A DNA stretch of 64,000 nt from a virus (taxonomy: Duplodnaviria > Caudoviricetes). The position numbers and the translations under genes are program-made. The stretch is from IMG/VR virus record IMGVR_UViG_3300028886_000042; one strand, given 5' to 3'. Position 1 is the stretch's first letter; the number at the start of each line of letters is the position of its first letter. This document shows, piece by piece, positions 42,911 to 52,434 of this stretch. The notes beneath the pieces are model-generated. The model was not told the DNA's origin. It did no database searches and saw nothing but the letters and a program-made list of their open reading frames with translations.

Positions 42911-42917
42911 CCGTTCC

Positions 42918-43043
42918 AGACCTGGGTCTAGTACTAGTAATATCTTACTTAAGTTTATTTTTTTATATTTTAATTATATAAAAAAATACTAGTACTAGTA
43001 AGTATACCAAAAGAAAAAGAAAATATATAAAAGAAAAAGAAAA
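42918..43043. repeat. palindrome and direct-repeat cluster (candidate origin/protein-binding region)
   Basis: CTAGTACTAG (42928-42937), TACTAGTACTAGTA (42987-43000), AT-only hairpin between them, AAAAGAAAAAGAAAA twice (43009, 43029). Confidence 0.6.
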
Positions 43044-43183
43044 GGTAAAAACAGCCTTAAAGGAACGACTGATATGCTATTCTTGTTTTTCGTTAAAAAA
43101 TGGATGATAAATATCATGTTTACGTACTTTTAGGTTTTCGCCTGATATTTATTATAAAATAATTTGTTAAATAAAAGAACATA

Positions 43184-46100
43184 ATGGCAAATACAAGTAA
43201 TAATAGTACAAGACGGACTCACGTAAGCCCCGGTGTCTATACAAGAGAAATCGAGCTTAATTACGCAGCAAAGTCCCTTGGTATCACTACTTTAGGACTT
43301 GCCGGTGAAACTGTTAAAGGCCCTGCATTCCAACCCATTCCAATTGAGAATTGGAGACAGTACCAGCAGTATTTCGGAGGTACGGACACTGAGAAGTTCA
43401 GAGGAAGTCAATATCCTAAGTATGAGTTACCATATATTGCACAGTCATATTTGAAACAGTCTAATCAGTTGGAAGTTGTACGTGTATTAGGTCTGTCCGG
43501 TGTTAACGCAGGCCCTGTATGGATTGCAACGGCAGTTGGTAAAGGGAAATATAACAATATGCCTTTATTCGTACTTCGTTCAAGAGGAGAACATCTTAAG
43601 GCTTCATTCAAGAAAGAAGGTCAAGACGGTTGTCCTGATGAGTATGAATATGACACTATCAGATATTATACCAAATCAGTTACATTAAGTGCCCCTTCTG
43701 ATATTACAAATGACAGTCAATGTACACCAACGGCAACAATCACGACTACTAGAAATTGGCAAGATTTGAATGTCAACAACTATGGCCGTTTCACTATTGA
43801 TGTTAAACGATATGATGATGAAGGAGATGCTAGTAAACATTACAGTGTATCATTGAATCCCGGTGATAAAGACTACATCAAGAAAGTAATCGGAACCGAC
43901 CCTGAAATAGGTGATGCTGAAATCTATGTTGAGGAGGTATATGACGTTGCTCTCGGTAAACTGATTGAAAGTGGTGACATTACCCAAATCAACACAACTT
44001 TAGTTTACTATGATTACAAGTACATTAAACCTTCACATGCAGATGTTGATGACATTGTATTACAGGAGGAAGATACGCTCAGACGCAGTGATGTAGGTAA
44101 GCGTATGCTTTATACAAGCGAATCGGTTAACGGAAATGGAGATAAACTTGAAGTCCATATAAAGGGTACAAACGGAAAATGGACTAAAGACTATGGTACT
44201 GACGGTGTAATATATACTGTCGTTGCTTATACAACAACCGAAGGAAAACGTGTATACTACTATGGTACAGAAGCTGGTAAAGAGGAGCAGATAAAAGCAC
44301 CGACTACCGGTAGTGATACAGATGAACATCTGTACACAGAGGCTGCAATGGTTCTGTCACGCGGTTCTTATTACATTAAACCTCAAAGTTCAGAAATTGT
44401 TGTACCTTTGACACTTGATACAAACAACTATAAGGAGCAGTACAGATTCGCTTCTACACCTTGGGTACTGTCAGAACTTAAGGGTGATGCCAAGAATATC
44501 GAGGTTAATAAACTGTTCAGATTCCATACCATTTCAGACGGTGATTCCTCAAATACTGAGGTTAAGATTTCAATTGAGAATATTGACGTTTCAAACGGTA
44601 CGTTCGATGTTGTTGTACGTGATTTCTATGATGCAGATGATTCTCAGATTGTTTACGAGAGATTCAAGGGTGTTAACCTTATCCCCGGTGATAAGAACTA
44701 CATTTCACTGAGAATCGGTTCGTATGATGAGGAATATGAGAATGTTTCAAGTTTTATTACTGTAGAAGTCAACGAGAACGAAAAGACAGCACATTCTATT
44801 CCATGCGGTTTCATGGGTTATCCTGTAAGAAACTATAACGGTACAGGTGTTGTTACGCCAAATGTGACTACACAAAATTTACCTTCAATTCCATATGTAG
44901 TCTATAATACGAATGTTGACGAGGATATAAGAATCACAAAGCAGTACTTCGGTATTTCAAATATTACCGGTTTCGATACCGACCTGTTGAAGTACAAGGG
45001 TGTTGAGACTTATGATGACAACACATTCACTGACTGCTTCCACCTTGATTCACGTATTCTTACAGCAGGAGAACAATCTTCGGAATCCACAGAAACACAG
45101 GAAATCACTATTGACGGTGTAGGCGGTTTCACATGGCAGACCGTAGGTATCGGAAATCAGACCATGTACGGTGTTATGCCTAAGATGGGTACTGAGGAAG
45201 ATGTAGCAGAGACAATCTATGAAGATAAGAGATACCGTAAGTTCACATTTGCATTCTACGGCGGTTTCGACGGTTGGGACTATTACAGAACTTCAAGAGG
45301 CAACGGTGATGACTTCAGATATACCAAGTACAAGGGTTCAATTGACAAGGTATCAGGACAAGGTACTATGGTATCAGTATTGAATAATCCGGAAGCATAC
45401 GGTTTCGACGAGGATGAGAAGATTCTGAACTCAGACTACTATGCATATCTGTCAGCTTACCGCAAGTTCGCTAACCCGAAGGCTATTGACATTAACGTGT
45501 TTGCAACTCCCGGTATTGACTACGTAAATCAGAATTCACTCGTAGGCGAGGTTATCACAATGATTGAGGAGGAACGTGCAGACTCTGTATATGTTGTTAC
45601 AACACCTGACAAGCCTTATGGAGCCAGTGATTCGGAGTTCGAAATGTTCACGCCTTCTGATGCAGTAATGAATCTTGAGGAATCTGAAATCGACAGTAAC
45701 TATACATGTACTTACTATCCATGGTGCAAGTATTTCGATGCAGACAGCAACAAGTTCATCTATCTGCCTCCTACACGCGACGTAGTACGTAACTTCGCAT
45801 ATACCGACAATACCAAATATCCATGGTTCGCAGCAGCCGGATGGTATCGCGGTGAAATCGAGGACAGCGGTGTAAAGCCTAAGAAGTCACTTAAACTCGG
45901 TGAACAGGATATCCTCTATGCAAACCGACTGAACTTCATTAACACCTTTGCAAAGGAAGGCATGAAGGTATGGGGTGACAAGAACCTGCAAGTACATGAG
46001 AGTCAGATGAACAGAATCTCAAAGAGACGTTTGCTGCTGAGAATCAGAAAACTATGCTCAATCGCTTGTATCGGACTTATTTTCGACCCGAACGACAATA

Positions 46101-46321
46101 ATACAAAGCAGTCATTTGAAAGTGCCGTTAAACCGGTTCTTGACAATGTAATGGCTAACCGTGGTATTGCTGATTGGAAACTTGAAGTTGATGACAGTCA
46201 GGAAGCAAGGGATAGAATGGAAATTCCTGCAAAGATATACATTCAAGTAATTCCGAATACAGAATTTATTGATATTTCCTTCAGTGTCACCCCGCAAGGG
46301 AGTAATTGGGACAATATTTAA
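43184..46321 (+). CDS. tail sheath protein (T4 gp18-like)
   Basis: VSPGVYTRE, GETVKGPAF, ATPG, YYPW, PWFAAAG..RG, WGDKNL, RRLL, FDPND. Confidence 0.93.
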   Translation: MANTSNNSTRRTHVSPGVYTREIELNYAAKSLGITTLGLAGETVKGPAFQPIPIENWRQYQQYFGGTDTEKFRGSQYPKYELPYIAQSYLKQSNQLEVVRVLGLSGVNAGPVWIATAVGKGKYNNMPLFVLRSRGEHLKASFKKEGQDGCPDEYEYDTIRYYTKSVTLSAPSDITNDSQCTPTATITTTRNWQDLNVNNYGRFTIDVKRYDDEGDASKHYSVSLNPGDKDYIKKVIGTDPEIGDAEIYVEEVYDVALGKLIESGDITQINTTLVYYDYKYIKPSHADVDDIVLQEEDTLRRSDVGKRMLYTSESVNGNGDKLEVHIKGTNGKWTKDYGTDGVIYTVVAYTTTEGKRVYYYGTEAGKEEQIKAPTTGSDTDEHLYTEAAMVLSRGSYYIKPQSSEIVVPLTLDTNNYKEQYRFASTPWVLSELKGDAKNIEVNKLFRFHTISDGDSSNTEVKISIENIDVSNGTFDVVVRDFYDADDSQIVYERFKGVNLIPGDKNYISLRIGSYDEEYENVSSFITVEVNENEKTAHSIPCGFMGYPVRNYNGTGVVTPNVTTQNLPSIPYVVYNTNVDEDIRITKQYFGISNITGFDTDLLKYKGVETYDDNTFTDCFHLDSRILTAGEQSSESTETQEITIDGVGGFTWQTVGIGNQTMYGVMPKMGTEEDVAETIYEDKRYRKFTFAFYGGFDGWDYYRTSRGNGDDFRYTKYKGSIDKVSGQGTMVSVLNNPEAYGFDEDEKILNSDYYAYLSAYRKFANPKAIDINVFATPGIDYVNQNSLVGEVITMIEEERADSVYVVTTPDKPYGASDSEFEMFTPSDAVMNLEESEIDSNYTCTYYPWCKYFDADSNKFIYLPPTRDVVRNFAYTDNTKYPWFAAAGWYRGEIEDSGVKPKKSLKLGEQDILYANRLNFINTFAKEGMKVWGDKNLQVHESQMNRISKRRLLLRIRKLCSIACIGLIFDPNDNNTKQSFESAVKPVLDNVMANRGIADWKLEVDDSQEARDRMEIPAKIYIQVIPNTEFIDISFSVTPQGSNWDNI

Positions 46322-46355
46322 TTAACTAAAAATTAGTAATTTATATAACTTTATT

Positions 46356-46388
46356 AAAGTGGGAGTGTAAATAACTTCCACTTTTTTA
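46356..46388 (+). terminator. intrinsic terminator after the sheath gene
   Basis: AAAGTGGGAG...CTTCCACTTTTTT. Confidence 0.65.
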
Positions 46389-46408
46389 TATAAAAATAAC
46401 ATTATTTA

Positions 46409-46440
46409 TTTGTAAGTTATCCGAAAAAGCAGTAGTTTTG
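46409..46440 (+). promoter_or_regulatory. Bacteroidota-type promoter for the endonuclease gene
   Basis: TTTG-N20-TAGTTTTG, 5 nt before ATG 46446. Confidence 0.75.
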
Positions 46441-46445
46441 CACAA

Positions 46446-48104
46446 ATGAGAGAAAAAAGGTCATTTGAAGATACATTAAAGTTATTCAGGGAAGTACACG
46501 GTGACAGATATGAATACAACAAAGATACATATCATGGAAGTTCTGATAAGATGGAAATGAAATGCCGTGTTTGTGGTAATGTATTCTATCAGACCCCTAA
46601 CAAGCATTTAATGGGAAGAGGATGTCCGGTATGTGGAAAAACAAAAAAACTCACAACGGAAGAGTTTATTTCAAGGGCAAAGGAAAGATACGGTGATAAA
46701 TTCACCTATGAAAAAACAGAATACACAAATCAGAGGGCAAAACTTATAGTTACCTGTAATATACATGGTGATATTGAAGTCAATGCAAAGCAGTTTCTTA
46801 ACGGTTGCGGATGCAAAAAGTGCAGAGAGGATGAATATAACAGATTCAAGTCGGAATTTGAAGAAAGGGCACGTAAAATACACCCTATTGAAGAAGAATT
46901 AGACTATTCTGAGAGTGTTTATGTGAATAATCATACCCCTTTAAGGATAATATGCCATAAAAAAGATGAATACGGTATTGAACACGGCGTATTTTATCAG
47001 ACACCGGCACATCATATGAGCGGTCAGGGCTGTCCTAAATGTAACGGAAACCTAAAAATGACACCGGATGAGTTTATTTCCAAGGCAAAAACGGTTCATG
47101 GTGATAAATTCACTTATTTTAGTGAAAAATACGTTTCATACAATGAAAGTACGGAGATAAAATGCAACAAATGCGGAAAAATATTCAGACAGACCCCACA
47201 TAATCACCTTTTAGGCAAGGGATGCCCGTTCTGTGGCTGTAATATATCGAAACCTGAGTCCGATATTAACGAATTCATATCAAAATATGCAAAAACATAC
47301 ACAAATAACCGTAAAATACTTGATAATTCAAAAGAAATTGACATTTTAATTGAAAATAAACCTATAGCATTTGAATATGACGGACTTATATGGCATTCAG
47401 AGAAATTCGGAAAGGATAAAAACTATCATTTAAGAAAAACAGACGAATGCATGGAAAAAGGTATACAGTTATATCATATCTTCGAAGATGAATGGGTTTT
47501 TAAGCGTAAAATAGTCGAATCAAGGATAAAAAACATACTGGGTGTTACCGAAAACAGAATATTTGCAAGGAAATGTACGATAAACGAACTGAACTACAGT
47601 GATACAAGAAAATTCCTTAATGAAAACCATATTCAGGGTGAATGTAACTCAAAATACAACTACGGACTTTACTATAAAGGTGAACTGGTATCTGTAATGA
47701 CGTTCGGACATCTAAGGAAAAACCTCGGAAGTAACGGTAATGAAAATGAATACGAACTGTTAAGGTTCTGTAATAAACTTGATACAACAGTTGTAGGCGG
47801 TGCTTCAAAACTTCTGAAATATTTCACTGACAGACTTAAACCTGAACGTATTATCAGTTATGCCGACAAAAGATGGAGTAACGGTAATCTGTATAGACAA
47901 TTAGGCTTTACACATATAAAGGACAGTAAACCGGGTTATTTCTATGTAATAGGACAGAAAAGGGAAAACAGATTCAAATACCGTAAGGATGTACTGGTAA
48001 AAGAAGGTTTCGACAAGAATAAAAGCGAATATGAAATAATGATAGGCAGAGGTATATACAGAATATATGACTGTGGAATGATGGTTTTTGAAAAGAAATT
48101 TTAA
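46446..48104 (+). mobile_element. Hef-like free-standing endonuclease (Zn fingers + Vsr-like nuclease + Mom/GNAT-like domain)
   Basis: Same architecture as 34500-36185; C-terminal part closely similar even at DNA level. Confidence 0.82.
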
Positions 48105-48115
48105 TTAAAATAGAT

Positions 48116-48385
48116 ATGTTTGAGAAATTTAAGGATTTTTTCCGTAATCTAAAAAGAAAAGAGAATAAAACATGCATATCTGATGATTTTTGCTTAACAG
48201 TGACTTTCGGTGATAATGCATGGAGAATTGAGAGCAAGCCGATTGAAGGAAAATCAAATATCAAACTGTTTGCTGATAATAAGATTGTTTTTGAAGGTTC
48301 ATATTCTGAACTTGTTTCAAAAATTAAGGAAATTAATGCAATTAAACCTTTTATAAAAACAATTTATGAAAATAAGCTATATTGA
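48116..48385 (+). CDS. hypothetical protein
   Basis: 89-aa ORF directly after the endonuclease gene. Confidence 0.5.
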   Translation: MFEKFKDFFRNLKRKENKTCISDDFCLTVTFGDNAWRIESKPIEGKSNIKLFADNKIVFEGSYSELVSKIKEINAIKPFIKTIYENKLY

Positions 48386-48400
48386 ACTATATTTATAACA

Positions 48401-48583
48401 AGAGGAGGGTCGTTACTTCTTTCACGCCCTCCAATCGAAACTCGTTACAGACGTACTGCCAATGAAAATGGTTGTGCTGCAAAATACTTGTAGGCAACTT
48501 AGTGCTTTAAACAACTTTATGTTGGTAGGTACAGACAAGCATTCATAAAAGAGGATGTGTTTAATGATACACCCTCTTTTTAT
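48401..48583 (+). ncRNA. candidate structured non-coding RNA
   Basis: Late motif at 48389-48397; stem GGAGGG(T)CGT/ACGCCCTCC; long nested hairpin 48453-48532; terminator 48547-48583. Confidence 0.45.
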
Positions 48584-48677
48584 AATTGAGTTAAATCCTA
48601 TATGTCTCCCAAATCAAACAAAAAAAGAAGGTAACAGATAACTACCTTCTTATTTTTATGTACGTAAAAAAAATGAA

Positions 48678-49166
48678 TTAGAAACTCAAGATACAATACT
48701 GAGGTCTGATAGTCAATGTGATTTCAGCCAAAGAATCATCATCATAACTCAATTCACCGAATTCTACATTTGTAATCATAGCAGATTTTATAATCCATTG
48801 AGAAACTGCTGTTCCTGTCGGATCGAGCATTTCCAGTATCAAATCTCTCTTATAAGCAGCAGCATAGCCTTGTCGTCCGGTAATAGATTCTGAATGTAAT
48901 CTTACCCATTCCATTACTGCCTGTGAAGCAGAAGGGCCGATTGGGTCTCTAAGTGTTACATTTATATTTTCCCAGATATAGCGTCCAACTACCCAGCTTG
49001 AAGTATTAAGGAACTGTATTTCAGTCTCATTTTGGCTCAGTTTTGGACGTGAACAAGAAGCTACCCACCACTCCTGTATGCCTAAGTCAGAGGGAAATCT
49101 GAGCAAGAATCGGTTTTTGCGAAGTGGCTCATACTCCGTCGGCATCTTCAAAATTAAATCTCCCAT
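48678..49166 (-). CDS. tail tube protein (T4 gp19-like)
   Basis: EPLRKNRF, WENINVTLRDPI, VMEW, YKRD..LEMLDPTG, FGELSY; late motif at 49224-49232. Confidence 0.9.
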   Translation of the reverse strand: MGDLILKMPTEYEPLRKNRFLLRFPSDLGIQEWWVASCSRPKLSQNETEIQFLNTSSWVVGRYIWENINVTLRDPIGPSASQAVMEWVRLHSESITGRQGYAAAYKRDLILEMLDPTGTAVSQWIIKSAMITNVEFGELSYDDDSLAEITLTIRPQYCILSF

Positions 49167-49322
49167 GTCAATAAGTCAATTATATTTTTTTATTTTTATA
49201 TTCTCTTTTTAATATTTTTCAATTATAAATATGTTAAATTATGTTTTTTCCTTGTTTTTTCGGTGTATTTGCAGTATTTTTGCAAAAGGAACTAATATTT
49301 ACTTATAAATACTGAAACTATA

Positions 49323-51179
49323 ATGACAAAAGAAGAGAGAACCGAGAGATTCAAATTAAAGGCTGTAAAAGTTCATAAGGGCTATTACATATATGATAAA
49401 GTAGATTATGTAAATAATACCACAAAGGTATGTATAATATGTCCTTTGCATGGAGAGTTCTGGCAAGAGCCTTCTTCGCATTTACGTGGCGGTACATGTC
49501 CTAAGTGTGCAAATAAAAGGAGGGGTGATGCATTAAGGGGTAATAGGGAAGAATTTATTGAAAGAGCAAAAGAAACACATGGTGACAAATATGATTATTC
49601 AAAGGTTGTATATGAAAGTATGATGAAACCTGTTGAGATAATATGTTCTGAACATGGTTCTTTTTGGCAAATTCCCATGCAGCATGTAAAAGGGCAGGGA
49701 TGTCCTAAGTGTGCAGGACGTTACAGGACAAATGATGAAATTATCAGAATGATGAAAGAAGCACATCCTGATGACAATTACGATTACAGTAAGGTTGAGT
49801 TCACTAAGATGCACAACAAGGTTTGCATAATATGTCCTGAGCATGGAGAGTTTTGGCAAACACCGGCAAAGCATATCAGAGGTCAGGGCTGTCCTAAATG
49901 TGGAAACAGCAAGAGTAATAAAAACAGAAGGATTACAGTTGAAAAATTCAAGGAGAAGTGCAGTGTATTACACAACGGAAAATATAATTATGACAAAGTG
50001 GAATTTGATAACGTACATGATAAGGTTAAGATAGTTTGTCCTGTTCACGGTGAATTTGAACAAATTGCCTGTGACCACCTTAATGGACATGGGTGTACGC
50101 AATGTGCTATAGATAAATCTAAGTCAAACACAGAGGAATTCATAAGAAAATCAAGGGAAATACATGGTGACAAGTATGGTTACTCAAAGGTTGAATATAA
50201 AGGTTCTAAAAATAAGGTATGCATAATATGTCCTGAGCATGGAGAGTTCTGGCAGACACCTGAATCACATTTAAAGGGTTGTGGATGTCCTAAGTGCGGA
50301 AAGATTATTTCAAAGGGTGAGGAGGAAATCTATGATTTCGTAAGTAATTTAGTCGGTTCCGATAATATCATAAGGAATGACCGTGAAATACTTGACGGTA
50401 AGGAGATTGACATATACATACCGTCATTAAAAATCGGAATAGAGTACAACGGTGTTGTATGGCATTCTGAGAAATTCGGAAAGGATAAGAATTATCATGT
50501 GGACAAGCTGAACTGTGCAAATGAAAAGGGTATTAGCCTTATTCAGATATTCGAGGATGAGTTTATAGACCACAAGGAAGTTGTTTTTGCAAAAATAAGG
50601 CATACGTTAGGGTTTGACAAGTATCAGGAAAAGGTTTACGGAAGAGAGTGTACCATAAGGGAAATAGACAAAGAGACAGCAAGGGAGTTCCTTGACAGAA
50701 ATCATATACAGGGTTATGCCATATCCTCAAAGCATTTGGGTGCTTATCATAATGACAGCCTTATAGGTGTAATGTCATTCAACATACTGAAGATAGGCGG
50801 TGCAGAATGGGAACTTACGAGGTTTGCGACTGATATAACAAAGTTGTGTTGCGGGGTAGGAGGTAAATTACTTAAGTATTTCATAAAGTGTTACAGACCC
50901 TTATATATAAAGTCATTTGCTGACAGAAGATGGACTGTTAATCAGAATGATAATCTCTATACGAAGTTAGGTTTTGTTCTTGATAATATACTACCACCGG
51001 ATTACAGATATATTGAGACCGGCTCATATAAGAGAATACACAAGTTCAATTACAGGAAGAACATACTCAGCAAGAAATATAAGTTACCGTTATATATGAC
51101 AGAGAGTGAAATGTGTAATGAAATCGGAGCAGACAGGGTTTGGGACTGTGGTTTGCTTAAATATGTTTGGAGAAAATAG
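49323..51179 (+). mobile_element. Hef-like free-standing endonuclease (5 Zn-finger repeats + nuclease + Mom/GNAT-like domain)
   Basis: IICPEHGEFWQ..HxxGxGCPKC repeats; EIDIYIPSLKIGIEYNGVVWH; ELTRFA..GVGGKLL..SFADRRW..LYTKLGF. Confidence 0.82.
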
Positions 51180-51197
51180 CATATTTATAATAAAGAT

Positions 51198-51896
51198 ATG
51201 TTATTCATGATGAAGTTATTTCTAAACGAGGAAAAATTAAACAGAATTATAAAGGAAAACTTAAGGAAAATCATTTCAGAATCCTTTAAATCAGACAGTT
51301 TAAGGAGTTGGTTTAAAGAACACGGCGGTGTAATGAACCGTTACGAAGGAGAAGAATATGATTATCTGAAGGATAAACGGGTTCGTCAGGACGGTTTGGG
51401 TGATGTCAGTGATGAAGATATATTATCAGTAAGGGAATTTGATGATTATAACGATGCTTGTAACTATTGTTGGAGTTTAAATCATCCTAAAAGCAAATAC
51501 GGTAACGGTAACCTGCCATTTGATAATAAAGCGTTATATACTGTTTACAGGGCAAAGGACGGGAGCAGTGTTGTAGTCGGTTTGGATAAAAACAAAGTTG
51601 AAACAACTACAACGTGGGGTGGTGAGATGACAAAGAAAACAGGAGATAGGATTTGGGCAAACGGATGGAATCCGAAAACGAGAAGTAACAGGTATGTTGA
51701 TGACAGTGACAGATATTATTATAGTAGAGACGGTCAGTATTTCGGTTTACACAATAATGATAATTTTCATGGAAAAATGCGGGGTAACCGGGATATAAAG
51801 TCAGCAATGGATGATGACGAATGGAACGATTACAGTAACAGGAGAGTTCAGCATATAAGAGATTATAAAAGAAACAAAATTAAAAAGCGTCCCTGA
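51198..51896 (+). CDS. hypothetical protein with LNEEKLNRIIKENLRKIISE leader
   Basis: Leader motif; ATATTTATA at 51181-51189. Confidence 0.7.
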   Translation: MLFMMKLFLNEEKLNRIIKENLRKIISESFKSDSLRSWFKEHGGVMNRYEGEEYDYLKDKRVRQDGLGDVSDEDILSVREFDDYNDACNYCWSLNHPKSKYGNGNLPFDNKALYTVYRAKDGSSVVVGLDKNKVETTTTWGGEMTKKTGDRIWANGWNPKTRSNRYVDDSDRYYYSRDGQYFGLHNNDNFHGKMRGNRDIKSAMDDDEWNDYSNRRVQHIRDYKRNKIKKRP

Positions 51897-51917
51897 TTTA
51901 AGGAACGCTTTATTTGT

Positions 51918-52325
51918 TTATTGCTGGTTATTGTTCTTAGGTTTTACTGCTTCTTCTGCCGCTTTGTCAACTGTCTGCCAAATTTTCTTAAGCATAATAT
52001 AACTTGAAGAAGTCGGGTTATTTGCAAGTTTTGCGATACCTTTAAGTGCAAGTACCCTTATCTGGTCAACCAAAGGTTTTATTTCAGCATCGACTTCTGA
52101 TACATTCTGTGCTATCTTATCATCTTCCTCAGATTCGAACGGTGTACCTTGTGAATACATTTCCTCATCTTCCCCGTAATGTCCCCCTTCAGGTGGAAGT
52201 TGGTCAACATCTGCCATAGGGTCTGTATCTTCTCCGAACACAAGGCTTTCAACTGTAAGCGAAGGAGTTTTATCCCTCAGCATCAGTTTCATTTCTTCAA
52301 TAATATTATTTTTTTTATTTGACAT
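51918..52325 (-). CDS. acidic hypothetical protein
   Basis: 135-aa ORF; late motif at 52356-52363. Confidence 0.7.
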   Translation of the reverse strand: MSNKKNNIIEEMKLMLRDKTPSLTVESLVFGEDTDPMADVDQLPPEGGHYGEDEEMYSQGTPFESEEDDKIAQNVSEVDAEIKPLVDQIRVLALKGIAKLANNPTSSSYIMLKKIWQTVDKAAEEAVKPKNNNQQ

Positions 52326-52434
52326 ATCTTTAAAAACGTTTTTAATTTATATATAATAAATATAGGATGAAATCTAAAAAATATGTAACATGGAAAAAGA
52401 ACAGTTTTTATAAAATACAGAAAATACACTACAT

